Shown here piece after piece: positions 1-8,944 of a DNA stretch of 64,000 nucleotides (position 1 is the first letter of the stretch; every line of letters begins with the position of its first letter). A program made the position numbers and the translations under genes. Below the pieces are notes generated by a model, which saw only the letters and a program-made list of their open reading frames with translations, was not told where the DNA came from and searched no databases. This DNA is from Alkalispirochaeta sp. (GTDB lineage: Bacteria; Spirochaetota; Spirochaetia; DSM-27196; Alkalispirochaetaceae), in assembly GCA_965242725.1 (NCBI GenBank), contig CBDESZ010000025.1, positions 224,001-288,000 on the forward strand, given 5' to 3'.

Positions 1-1
1 G

Positions 2-397
2 TCCAACCCCATGGCGGCGGAAGTATCGGGGATTCCCAAGCGCCGGCTGATCATGTCGGTATACGCCATCATGGGCGCCCTTTCCGGACTCGCCGGCGTC
101 CTGTGGGTGGCGAAGTTCGCCTCCGCCCAGGGTGATACGGCGATGGGCTATGAGTTGCAGGTCATTGCGGCGTGTATCCTTGGTGGAGTGAGTATCAACG
201 GAGGCGTCGGACGGCTCACCGGCCTCATTCTCGGAACGATCATGCTGGGAATCATCGCCAACGCACTGCCCCTCATCAACGTCTCGCCCTTCTGGCAGCA
301 GGGTATTCAGGGCGTGGTCGTTCTTGGTGCGGTCATTACCAACGCCCTGGTCCGCCGCAATACGGAACGTACCGCGTTGCGCCGGCGGGCCATATAA
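2..397 (+). CDS. rhaP: Sugar (rhamnose) ABC transporter permease, 5'-truncated by window edge
   Basis: BPD_transp_2 C-terminal motifs (SNPMAAEVSGI, GYELQVIAACILGGVSINGGVG, SPFWQQ); first of two permeases upstream of the rhamnose SBP and rhaA. Confidence 0.8.
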   Translation, partial: SNPMAAEVSGIPKRRLIMSVYAIMGALSGLAGVLWVAKFASAQGDTAMGYELQVIAACILGGVSINGGVGRLTGLILGTIMLGIIANALPLINVSPFWQQGIQGVVVLGAVITNALVRRNTERTALRRRAI

Positions 398-409
398 ATG
401 GGAGTATCT

Positions 410-1414
410 ATGGGTGATAGAAATGTACAACCCCTTACCATAAGCGACGAGCGGAACTGGAGCTGGAGGGAGTTCTTCTTCCAGTGGGAGTGGCTTCTCG
501 GGGGAGTGCTCCTCCTCGTAATCGTCGTCAATTCGATGATCTCTCCGTATTTTCTGAATCTCGGGACGTTTATTCGCACTCCCGCAACCTTTCTGGACAA
601 GGGATTCATCGTTCTTTCCATGATGTACGTGCTGATACTCGGAAAGATCGATATCTCCGTCGCCTCGACGGTTGCCCTGTCGGCGGTCATCATGGCCGTC
701 TCCTACAACGCGGGAATACCCATGCCGTTGGCGATGGCGCTGTGTCTCCTCGTCGGTACCGTAGGAGGCGCGATCAACGGACTTCTTCTCATCAAGTTCA
801 AGGAGCTGTCTTTCGTCATCGTCACCCTCTCGACGATGATCATCTACCGGGGAATCGCCTACATCATCCTGGGCGATCAGGCGGCGGGCGGGTTTCCCGA
901 GTGGTTCAGTTTCTTCGGCTGGGGCGAGATAGGCGGTGTCCCCTTTATTCTTATCGCCTTTATCATCGCCGCCGTCGCATACGGGTTGCTTCTTCACAAG
1001 ACGACTTACGGCCGTTCCGTATTTGGTATGGGCTATAACGCGACGGCTGCACGCTATTCCGGGGTGAATACCGACAGGATCGTATTCTGGGTCTTTACCC
1101 TGAACGGCGTCATGTCGGCGATCACGGCGATTTTTCTCTCCTCCCGTATGGGCAGCACCCGACCCAATGTTGCCACGGGGTACGAGCTGGAAGTGATCGC
1201 AATGGTCGCTCTGGGCGGGGTGAGTACCAGCGGCGGTATCGGCCGTATCGGCGGTCCCGTCCTGGCGATATTCATAATCGGATTCCTGAGTTACGGAATG
1301 GGGCTGGCAAATCTGCAGGCACCGGTTGTACTGGTCGTCATCGGTTTGCTGCTTATCGTATCGGTGCTGGCGCACCGCATTCGATTCGGAACGAAGAAAA
1401 AAACGGCCATGTAG
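410..1414 (+). CDS. rhaQ: Rhamnose ABC transporter permease
   Basis: RbsC-type permease (IDISVAS, GYELEVIAMVALGGVSTSGG); GGGAG SD before ATG 410 (alternative start 398); rha context. Confidence 0.8.
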   Translation: MGDRNVQPLTISDERNWSWREFFFQWEWLLGGVLLLVIVVNSMISPYFLNLGTFIRTPATFLDKGFIVLSMMYVLILGKIDISVASTVALSAVIMAVSYNAGIPMPLAMALCLLVGTVGGAINGLLLIKFKELSFVIVTLSTMIIYRGIAYIILGDQAAGGFPEWFSFFGWGEIGGVPFILIAFIIAAVAYGLLLHKTTYGRSVFGMGYNATAARYSGVNTDRIVFWVFTLNGVMSAITAIFLSSRMGSTRPNVATGYELEVIAMVALGGVSTSGGIGRIGGPVLAIFIIGFLSYGMGLANLQAPVVLVVIGLLLIVSVLAHRIRFGTKKKTAM

Positions 1415-1453
1415 CGTTGCTACGAAGGCCGAAAAAAAACAGGAGGTGTGGGT

Positions 1454-2494
1454 ATGAGAAAGTTTACGATCTCCCTAATCATCGTAGTGCTGATGTTCGG
1501 CATGGTTACCGTCGTCTTTGCCGGCGGACAACGCGAAGCCGCGGGACAGGAAGAGGGACAACGCCACGCGTTTGTCTTCAAGAACACCGGAAATCCCTAC
1601 GGTGAAAAACAAATGGATGGATTTCGGGAAGGTATCGAAGAGCAGGGATATGAGGCGATCCTGCGCGCACCTGATCAGCCGACCGCTGAGGCGCAGATCC
1701 AGATCATCGAACAGCTGATCGCTCAGCGGGTTTCGTCGATCGTCATTACCGGTAACGATTTTGACGCACTGACGCCGGCTCTCGATCGGGCAATGAACGA
1801 AGGAATCGCGGTTCTCTCCGCGGACTCCGCCGTGAATCCCGCCGCGCGAATGACGCACATCAATCAGGCGGACTCGGAAATGATCGGACGCACCCTCATT
1901 CAGGCTGCCTACGACATGGCCGACGGCGCCGGTGACATCGCCATTCTCTCGGCCACAAGTCAAGCTTCAAATCAGAATCTGTGGATTGAGTGGATGCGCA
2001 CCGAGCTGGAAGAGAATCCCGACAAGTACGCCGATCTCAACCTCGTTCGCGTTGCCTACGGTGACGACCTTCGGGACAAGTCGGTAAGTGAGACGGAAGG
2101 CCTCTTGCAGAGCTTCCCCAACCTGGAAGTGATCATTGCGCCGACCACCGTCGGTATCGCCGCAGCGGGACGTGTCATTACCGACCGCGATCTGATCGGT
2201 GAAGTATACGTGACGGGACTCGGGCTTCCCTCGGAAATGGCGGAGTACATCGAAAACGGTGCATGCCCCTATATGTTCCTCTGGAATCCCATTGACGTCG
2301 GTTACCTTTCCGCATACGCCGCAACGGCGATGGTTGACGGTGACATCACCGGTGCCGCCGGTGAAACCTTCTCCGCAGGCCGTCTCGGTGAGTTTGAGAT
2401 CGTCGAAGCCGGTGACGGTGGCACGGAAGTTCTTCTGGGAGCTCCCTTCCGCTTTGATCCCGACAACATTGACGAGTGGAAAACCGTTTACTAA
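1454..2494 (+). CDS. rhaS: Rhamnose ABC transporter substrate-binding protein
   Basis: Signal peptide; KNTGNPY, ATSQASNQNLWI, IIAPTTVGIAAA, VTGLGLPSEM, LWNPIDVGY motifs of rhamnose-type SBPs; AGGAGG SD at 1441. Confidence 0.85.
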   Translation: MRKFTISLIIVVLMFGMVTVVFAGGQREAAGQEEGQRHAFVFKNTGNPYGEKQMDGFREGIEEQGYEAILRAPDQPTAEAQIQIIEQLIAQRVSSIVITGNDFDALTPALDRAMNEGIAVLSADSAVNPAARMTHINQADSEMIGRTLIQAAYDMADGAGDIAILSATSQASNQNLWIEWMRTELEENPDKYADLNLVRVAYGDDLRDKSVSETEGLLQSFPNLEVIIAPTTVGIAAAGRVITDRDLIGEVYVTGLGLPSEMAEYIENGACPYMFLWNPIDVGYLSAYAATAMVDGDITGAAGETFSAGRLGEFEIVEAGDGGTEVLLGAPFRFDPDNIDEWKTVY

Positions 2495-2501
2495 TGTGAA
2501 T

Positions 2502-2534
2502 GGTCGGCCTTCCCGCGCGGCGGGAAGGCCGATC
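2502..2534 (+). terminator. GC-rich hairpin between SBP gene and rhaA (partial terminator or mRNA-stabilising stem)
   Basis: GGTCGGCCTTCCCGC-gcg-GCGGGAAGGCCGATC followed by TTTG. Confidence 0.6.
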
Positions 2535-2562
2535 TTTGTGCTGCGAGGGAGGAGAGCATTCT

Positions 2563-3840
2563 ATGTATCCAGAACCGTCCGTCCATAATGTTGAAAGAGC
2601 CTATGAATCCGCGAGGGAACGGTATGCCGGAATCGGAGTCGATACCGATGTCGCACTGCGGAAATTGTCGGATATCCATATATCCATCAATTGCTGGCAG
2701 GCGGACGATGTAGGCGGCTTTGAGGGTGCCGGGGAGATTACCGGCGGTGGTATCATGGCCACCGGTGAATTCCCGGGCAAGGCGCGCAATCCGGATGAAC
2801 TTCGGAACGACTTTGAAGTTGCCTATTCATTCATACCTGGATCCCACCGATTCAACCTGCATGCCAGTTATCTTGAAAGCGGTGGATCGAAGGTCGACCG
2901 TAACGAGATAGAACCGCGACATTTTGCCGGCTGGGTCCAATGGGCGCGGAAGCTCGGCGTTCCCCTCGACTTCAATCCGACCTATTTTTCCCATCCTCTT
3001 GCGGATGGCGGGTTTACCCTCGCCAGCAAGGACAAACGGATACGGGAGTTCTGGATCGATCACGGGAAACGGTCGCGGGAAATCGCCGCATTTTTCGGAC
3101 GGGAGCTGGGAAGTCCGGCGCTCAACAATTTCTGGATGCCCGACGGGTACAAGGACGAGCCGGCGGACCGGCTTCGCCACAGGGAGCTCATGATTGAGTC
3201 ACTGGACGCGATTTTTGCGAAGGAGTATCCGGAATCGGAAACGATTGATGCGGTGGAGAGCAAGCTCTTCGGCATCGGCTCTGAATCCTACGTCGTGGGC
3301 TCCCACGATTTCTACGTTGCCTATGCGCTGTCGAGAAAGAAACTCCTCACCATGGACGCCGGTCATTACCATCCGACCGAGTCCATTGCCGAAAAGATTA
3401 CCGCTCTGCTTCCCTTCACGGGGCGTCTCATGCTTCACCTCTCCCGGCCGGTCAGGTGGGACAGCGATCATGTGGTCATCCTGGACGATCAGACGAAGGC
3501 GATTTTCCGGGAAATCAAACGGGCCGACGCCTTTGAAAAGGTCTATCTGGCGGTGGATTTCTTTGACGGAAGCATAAACAGACTTGCCGCCTGGGTGATC
3601 GGCCTGCGCTCCGCCCAGAAGGCGGCTCTGACGGCGCTCCTTGAGCCGACGGCGCAGCTTGTACAGGCGGAGGAAGCGGGTGATTTCACCACACGTCTCG
3701 CCCTCGCGGAGGAGACGCGCTCCATGCCGTTCGGCGCGGTGTGGGAAAAGTTCTGTCTCGATAACGACGTCCCCGTCGGCCCGGCGTGGATCGAGGATAT
3801 CAGGAAATACCAAAAAGACACGCTTGAAAAACGGAATTGA
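2563..3840 (+). CDS. rhaA: L-rhamnose isomerase
   Basis: ISINCWQADDVGGFE, DFNPTYFSHP, DAVESKLFGIGSESYVVGSHDFY, MDAGHYHPTE, SRPVRWDSDHVV; GGAGG SD. Confidence 0.95.
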   Translation: MYPEPSVHNVERAYESARERYAGIGVDTDVALRKLSDIHISINCWQADDVGGFEGAGEITGGGIMATGEFPGKARNPDELRNDFEVAYSFIPGSHRFNLHASYLESGGSKVDRNEIEPRHFAGWVQWARKLGVPLDFNPTYFSHPLADGGFTLASKDKRIREFWIDHGKRSREIAAFFGRELGSPALNNFWMPDGYKDEPADRLRHRELMIESLDAIFAKEYPESETIDAVESKLFGIGSESYVVGSHDFYVAYALSRKKLLTMDAGHYHPTESIAEKITALLPFTGRLMLHLSRPVRWDSDHVVILDDQTKAIFREIKRADAFEKVYLAVDFFDGSINRLAAWVIGLRSAQKAALTALLEPTAQLVQAEEAGDFTTRLALAEETRSMPFGAVWEKFCLDNDVPVGPAWIEDIRKYQKDTLEKRN

Positions 3841-3863
3841 CCGCAGGAGAAGAAAGGAAGGAC

Positions 3864-5033
3864 ATGCAACAGAGAGGCAGCGGAATCGGGGCGGGGCTGA
3901 CATCCATTATCGGCCTTTCCCGCTACTACGGACGGGATCCCAACTGGGTCATCGCCGGAGGGGGAAACTCCTCGTGGAAGGACAAGACAAGCCTCTGGGT
4001 AAAGGCGTCGGGGACATCCCTCGCCGCAGCGTCGGCGGAGACATTTGTTGAAATCGACCGGGCGCAGCTTGCATCGCTGTGGGACAAGGACTATCCGACT
4101 GATCCGGAACTCCGCGAACGGCAGGCCCTCGACGATCTCATGGCGACGCGATATGCGGGGCAGTCGCTGCGTCCAAGTGTTGAAACGGGTATGCATGATG
4201 TGCTGCCGCAGGCTTTTGTCTTTCACAGCCATCCGACCCTGGTCAACGCCGTCACGTGCAGTGTTGAGGGCGAAGAACGGGCGCGACAGCTTTTTGTTGA
4301 CGAACTTTTTGGCCCGGAGATCGTCTGGATTCCCTCGATCAATCCGGGCTACGTATTGAGTAAACGAATTCTCGATGAGGTGGCGAGCTATCGCGACACC
4401 TACAAGACGAATCCCCGGATGATTCTGCTGCAGAACCACGGACTCACCGTTGCCGCGGAGTCGCCGGAAGAGATCCATCGAATGCACAGCCGGTGCACGG
4501 AGTTACTTCTCCGGGAGGTCCGCACCATTCCCGACGTCGGCGCCGTGGACGCCGATCTCCATGTTGCGGCCGGAGTGATCCGCGCTATCGGCGACGCCCG
4601 CGTGGCGGAAGGCGCAACTGACAAGGAGACGGTGGTGCTTTTTGAAGCCAACGCTGAAGCGCTCTCCCGGGGCCGGAGCCGCGCTTCAATGGAGCCGTTG
4701 TCCACGCCCTTTTCGCCTGATCACATCGTGTACGCCGGTCACACACCCCTCTATGTGGAGGAGCCGTCGGATGTGGAGGAACGATATACCTCCTTTGTTC
4801 GTTCCGAAGGTACCCATCCGAAGATCGTGGTCGTCAGGAATCTCGGCTTTTTCGCGGTCGGCGCCAATCGCAAATCCGCCGAGGCGGCACGTATGCTCTT
4901 CCGGGACGCACTGCAGATTGCCCGCTACGCCGAAAATTTCGGCGGCTCCCGGGGGATGGAGCGGGGAGAAATAGACTTTATTCGAAACTGGGAGGTCGAG
5001 CGCTTTCGCGCCCAGGTAAGTCTACAGGAGTAA
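3864..5033 (+). CDS. Class II aldolase/adducin-family protein, probable rhamnulose-1-phosphate aldolase (aldolase half of the RhaEW-like aldolase/SDR fusion family)
   Basis: GGGNSSWK, LRPSVET-MH, FHSHP, LLQNHGL, PFSPDHIVY, FIRNWEVERFR; follows rhaA; no SDR domain. Confidence 0.8.
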   Translation: MQQRGSGIGAGLTSIIGLSRYYGRDPNWVIAGGGNSSWKDKTSLWVKASGTSLAAASAETFVEIDRAQLASLWDKDYPTDPELRERQALDDLMATRYAGQSLRPSVETGMHDVLPQAFVFHSHPTLVNAVTCSVEGEERARQLFVDELFGPEIVWIPSINPGYVLSKRILDEVASYRDTYKTNPRMILLQNHGLTVAAESPEEIHRMHSRCTELLLREVRTIPDVGAVDADLHVAAGVIRAIGDARVAEGATDKETVVLFEANAEALSRGRSRASMEPLSTPFSPDHIVYAGHTPLYVEEPSDVEERYTSFVRSEGTHPKIVVVRNLGFFAVGANRKSAEAARMLFRDALQIARYAENFGGSRGMERGEIDFIRNWEVERFRAQVSLQE

Positions 5034-5068
5034 AAAAAAAAAGGCCCGGAGAGTTTCGCTCTCCGGGC
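5032..5068 (-). terminator. Intrinsic terminator for trpB2 (between convergent genes)
   Basis: GCCCGGAGAG-TTTCG-CTCTCCGGGC stem preceded on + strand by an 11-A run (U tract on -). Confidence 0.85.
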
Positions 5069-5076
5069 AATCTGCC

Positions 5077-6438
5077 CTATTCCTTGACGCCCGGCAATCC
5101 CGCCAACGCCATTGCAATTTCACTTTCCGGATATTCATATGCCTGCAGTTTCCCCGCCATGAAGTCCAGATAGCTTTGCATGTCAAAGTGTCCGTGACCG
5201 CACAGATTGAAGAGGATCGTCTTTGAGACTCCCTCCTCCTTTGCCCGGAGCGCCTCTGCGATGGCACCGGCCACGGCGTGGTTGGCTTCAGGAGCGGGAA
5301 TGATTCCCTCGGCCTTTGCAAACTGGATGCCCGCACTGAACGTCTCAATCTGGTCGAAGTTTGTCGCCTCGATGATTCCCGTGTGGTGGAGGTGACTCAC
5401 CAGCGGGGACATCCCGTGATACCGCAATCCGCCGGCGTGTATGGACGGTGGGATGAAGGTGCTGCCCAGGGTGTGCATCTTCAGCAGCGGTGTCAAATGG
5501 GCGGTATCGCCGTAATCATAGGCAAAAGAACCTTTTGTGAGACTGGGGCACGCCGAAGGCTCGACGGCGACGACGCGAACATCCCGCTCGCCGCGCACTC
5601 TCTTTCCGATGAAGGGAAATGATATCCCCGCAAAATTGCTGCCACCGCCCGTTGCACCGACGATGACGTCGGGATAATCCTGTGCCAGTTCCATCTGCTC
5701 CAGCGCTTCAAGGCCGATGACCGACTGGTGAATCATGACGTGATTGAGGACGCTTCCGAGGGCGTAGTGGGTTCCCGGATGTTTGACCGCCATTTCCACC
5801 GCCTCGGAAATGGCGATACCGAGACTGCCTGGAGAGTCCGGTGCGTCCGCGAGTATTGCCTTTCCGGCGTCGGTCTTCTCACTTGGGCTGGGGGTAACCG
5901 TGGCGCCGAAGGTTTCCATCATGCCCCGGCGATACGGTTTGAGGTCGTAACTTGCCCTGACCATATACACTTCCACTTCGACACCGAGAAGCGCGCCTGC
6001 CATTGCGAGAGAACTGCCCCACTGTCCCGCCCCCGTTTCGGTGGTGAGACGCTGAATTCCTTCAGCCTTGTTGTAAAAGACCTGAGGAACGGCGGTGTTC
6101 GGCTTATGGGAGCCCGTGGGGCTCACTCCTTCATATTTGTAATATATCCGTGCCGGTGTATCGAGCACCTTTTCCAGCTGTCGTGCCCGAAAGAGAGGTG
6201 TGGGACGCCACTGGCGGTATATCTCCCGTACTTCCCCGGGAATTTCGATTTCCCGTTCCCGACTCACTTCCTGCATGATCAGTGCCATGGGAAACAGCGG
6301 CGCCAGATCATCCGGTCCGAGAGGCTGGTGGGTTCCCGGATGGCGTGCCGGTGCCGGCGGATCGGGAAGATCGGCCTGAATGTTGTACCAGTTTTCGGGG
6401 ATACGCTCTTCCGACAGGGTGAATTTTACATTGCTCAT
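5077..6438 (-). CDS. trpB2: TrpB-like PLP enzyme (tryptophan synthase beta type 2)
   Basis: YYKYEGVSPTGSHKPNTA, TTETGAGQWGS, YALGSVLNHV, IHAGGLRYHGM, FNLCGHGHFD; AGGAGG SD. Confidence 0.93.
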   Translation of the reverse strand: MSNVKFTLSEERIPENWYNIQADLPDPPAPARHPGTHQPLGPDDLAPLFPMALIMQEVSREREIEIPGEVREIYRQWRPTPLFRARQLEKVLDTPARIYYKYEGVSPTGSHKPNTAVPQVFYNKAEGIQRLTTETGAGQWGSSLAMAGALLGVEVEVYMVRASYDLKPYRRGMMETFGATVTPSPSEKTDAGKAILADAPDSPGSLGIAISEAVEMAVKHPGTHYALGSVLNHVMIHQSVIGLEALEQMELAQDYPDVIVGATGGGSNFAGISFPFIGKRVRGERDVRVVAVEPSACPSLTKGSFAYDYGDTAHLTPLLKMHTLGSTFIPPSIHAGGLRYHGMSPLVSHLHHTGIIEATNFDQIETFSAGIQFAKAEGIIPAPEANHAVAGAIAEALRAKEEGVSKTILFNLCGHGHFDMQSYLDFMAGKLQAYEYPESEIAMALAGLPGVKE

Positions 6439-6524
6439 CCCATTCCTCCTTGTATGCAAAAATATACCGGTTGAACGCAATATTATGCAATGACGGAGGG
6501 CAGGATTGTCAGTATCTTGTCAAT

Positions 6525-6914
6525 ATGAAAACCACGCATTTATTGTCGATCATCTTTGTGTTCGTCGCAGCCGGCTGGATCTATGGACAGTCGGGTGGTG
6601 TACAGGCGCAGAACTCCGATCAATTGAAGGATGTCATCGCCGGGGAGGTGTTCGGTGAGGATTACCTCCTCATCGACGTGCGGACGCCGGAAGAGTTTCA
6701 GGGCGGACTTATTCCGTCGGCGATAAATATCGATTACAGGGTCATCGCCGATCAAATGTCGAAGGTTGACCGGGATACGCCGATCATCGTCTATTGTCGC
6801 ACCGGTCGCAGGAGTCATGCCGCCTTTACGACGCTCCTGGAGATGGGGTTCACCAATGTTTCCGATTTTGGCGGAATCATACACTGGGACGGCGATATCT
6901 TTATTCCGCGATAA
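6525..6914 (+). CDS. Exported rhodanese-like domain protein
   Basis: N-terminal hydrophobic leader; LIDVRTPEEF, IPSAINI, IIVYCRTGRRS active-site loop. Confidence 0.85.
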   Translation: MKTTHLLSIIFVFVAAGWIYGQSGGVQAQNSDQLKDVIAGEVFGEDYLLIDVRTPEEFQGGLIPSAINIDYRVIADQMSKVDRDTPIIVYCRTGRRSHAAFTTLLEMGFTNVSDFGGIIHWDGDIFIPR

Positions 6915-7032
6915 CGGATATTTTCGGACGGCGTTGCTCCCGCCCGACCACACCCACCGAGGCGGGAGCGGCTGAGGGCGGCGGAGTGCGCCCCGGCGGA
7001 ACCGGATGGTTCAATATGAATTATTCCGGCGA

Positions 7033-7061
7033 TTGACCCGCGTGTTACTTGGTATTACCAT
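7033..7061 (+). promoter_or_regulatory. Sigma70-type promoter of the RHH gene with overlapping RTRTTAC direct repeat (candidate operator)
   Basis: TTGACC(7033)-17 bp-TACCAT(7056); GTGTTAC-TTG-GTATTAC at 7042-7058; ATG follows the -10 after a 6-nt gap. Confidence 0.65.
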
Positions 7062-7067
7062 CAACCA

Positions 7068-7361
7068 ATGTCACATAAGGACGAAATAATCACCTTCAAG
7101 GTTGACGGCGCATTGGCCGAGCAGCTTCGGGTGATTCCCAACCGGTCGGAGTTCATACGGCAGGCGGTTCAGCAGGCGCTGCAGTTTGAGTGTCCCATCT
7201 GTCACGGAAGCGGGACACTCACGGCCAACCAGATGAAACACTGGAAAGCCTTTACCCGTCACCATCACGTCGCGACCTGTGATGTCTGCGGCGAGAGCTA
7301 CCTGGAGTGCGAGGAGCAGGAGCACGACGTTGCGGACGGTGTGCTGCACCCCAGGCAATGA
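7068..7361 (+). CDS. Ribbon-helix-helix (CopG/Arc-like) regulator with C-terminal Cys/His metal-binding domain
   Basis: IITFKVD strand, helix, NRSEFIRQAV helix; then CPICHG, HHH, CDVC and a further Cys; lies next to a metal ABC operon. Confidence 0.75.
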   Translation: MSHKDEIITFKVDGALAEQLRVIPNRSEFIRQAVQQALQFECPICHGSGTLTANQMKHWKAFTRHHHVATCDVCGESYLECEEQEHDVADGVLHPRQ

Positions 7362-8139
7362 CGAAGAAGACCGTTACCGTAAGAACGATGGCCGATCCCG
7401 AAGGCACGTTCCAATAATAGGACATGTAAAAGCCGACAACCGTGGCAATGACCGAAAAGGCGATCGACCAGACAAGAATCAGGGACATTTTCCGGGAGAT
7501 CATGGACGCGGCGGCACCGGGGGTGACCAGAAGGGCGAGAACCAGGATAACCCCGACGGTCTGGATCGCCACGACCGTCGTCACTGCGAGAAGGAGAAGC
7601 AGCCCGTATCGTATCAGGCCGGGGGAAAGCCCGATGGCAACGGCGTGGGAAGGATCAAAGGATGTTACGAGTATTTCCTTGAATGATGCGGCGACGACGA
7701 CGACGACAATCACCACAACCGCGGCCATCGCGATAAGATCGGCCGTTGAGACTCCGAGAATGCTGCCGAAGAGAATGTGACTGAGGTCCTGATAACTGAT
7801 CATTCTGCTGAGCAGGAATATTCCAAACGCAAAAAAGCCGGAAAAAATGACGCCGATGGCGGTGTCTTCTTTCAGGCGTCCGCCGCCCGAAAAGAGGCCG
7901 ATACCGGCGACGGCGAGGACCGCCGCCCCGAGCGCGCCGATAAACAGACTGACCCCGAGGGCGTAGGCAAGTACGATTCCGGGGAGGATGGAATGGGCGA
8001 GGGCGTCGCCGACAAAGGCCATACCTCGCCACACGACGAACGGGCTCAGGGCGGCGCATGCGACGGCGGCGAGAATTCCGGCGATCAATCCGCGCAGGAC
8101 GAAGGAATAGGTCAACGGTTCAACGAGAAGTTCAATCAT
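7252..8139 (-). CDS. Zn/Mn ABC transporter permease (ZnuB/TroC-like)
   Basis: ABC-3 motifs: AFVGDALAHSILPG, EDTAIG, ILFGSILG, TSFDP, IQTVGVILVLALLVTPGAAA; 3' end overlaps the RHH gene. Confidence 0.9.
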   Translation of the reverse strand: MIELLVEPLTYSFVLRGLIAGILAAVACAALSPFVVWRGMAFVGDALAHSILPGIVLAYALGVSLFIGALGAAVLAVAGIGLFSGGGRLKEDTAIGVIFSGFFAFGIFLLSRMISYQDLSHILFGSILGVSTADLIAMAAVVVIVVVVVAASFKEILVTSFDPSHAVAIGLSPGLIRYGLLLLLAVTTVVAIQTVGVILVLALLVTPGAAASMISRKMSLILVWSIAFSVIATVVGFYMSYYWNVPSGSAIVLTVTVFFVIAWGAAHRPQRRAPAPRTPGSSRRRHHRSRRDGDG

Positions 8140-8944
8140 CGTCGCCCCCCGGGGGAGCGGGATACCCTTTGTGAAATTCGAAGCCATACGCTTCTGCAAT
8201 CGTCTCCGGTGTCAGCACCGACTTGACGGGGCCGTCGGCGATGACGCGATGGTCCAGAAAGACGGCCCGGTTGAAATGAACGGTCAGAATGCCCAGGTCA
8301 TGGGTGCTTACCAGCGCCGTCTTGCCCGCCGCGGTGAGGTGTTCCAGGGTGTGAAATATGAGCTCCTGCGTCGAGATGTCCACGTGGTTCAACGGCTCGT
8401 CCAGGAGAAGGAGTTCGGCGTCATGGGCGAGGGTGCGCGCGAGCATCACCCGCTGCTGCTGTCCTCCCGAGAGTTCTCCGATCTGTCGGTCCGCGAGATC
8501 GGTGATTTCCATAGTCTCAAGTGCCGCTTCCACACGATCGGCGTCCTCCGATGTGGGACGCTTGAACCAGCCGAGGTGGACGTATCGTCCCATCATGACG
8601 ACGTGACGTACGGTGACGGGAAAACGCCAGTCCACCGACGTCCTCTGGGGAACGATGGCGACCCGGTGCAGGCATGTATGGGCTCGATTGCCGTATACGT
8701 CGATGGTGCCCGACGAGAGACGTTCCAGACCCAGAACGAGCTTGAGGAGCGTTGATTTTCCCGCGCCGTTCGGCCCGATCAGGGCGACCCGTTCGCCAGG
8801 ATGGATCTGCAGCGTAATTGAATCGAGGACCGGATACGGCGACGAGGGATAGGAGAAGGTTACGTCTCTCACGTCCAGTGCCGGTGTGTCCGGTACCGCC
8901 GGGATATGACAGCTGCCGCCGTACCGAAGTCTGTCCAGTATCAA
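8132..8944 (-). CDS. Zn/Mn ABC transporter ATP-binding protein (ZnuC/TroB-like)
   Basis: GPNGAGKST, VPQRTSVDWRFPVTV, LSGGQQQRV, LLLDEP, STHDL; TTG start overlaps the SBP stop (TTGA). Confidence 0.92.
   Translation of the reverse strand: MILDRLRYGGSCHIPAVPDTPALDVRDVTFSYPSSPYPVLDSITLQIHPGERVALIGPNGAGKSTLLKLVLGLERLSSGTIDVYGNRAHTCLHRVAIVPQRTSVDWRFPVTVRHVVMMGRYVHLGWFKRPTSEDADRVEAALETMEITDLADRQIGELSGGQQQRVMLARTLAHDAELLLLDEPLNHVDISTQELIFHTLEHLTAAGKTALVSTHDLGILTVHFNRAVFLDHRVIADGPVKSVLTPETIAEAYGFEFHKGYPAPPGGDDD

Noticed and set aside
6935..6970. GCTCCCGCC...GGCGGGAGC hairpin after the rhodanese gene as an ncRNA
   Set aside because: A single stem with a large loop and no other support; most simply a weak terminator or stabiliser.
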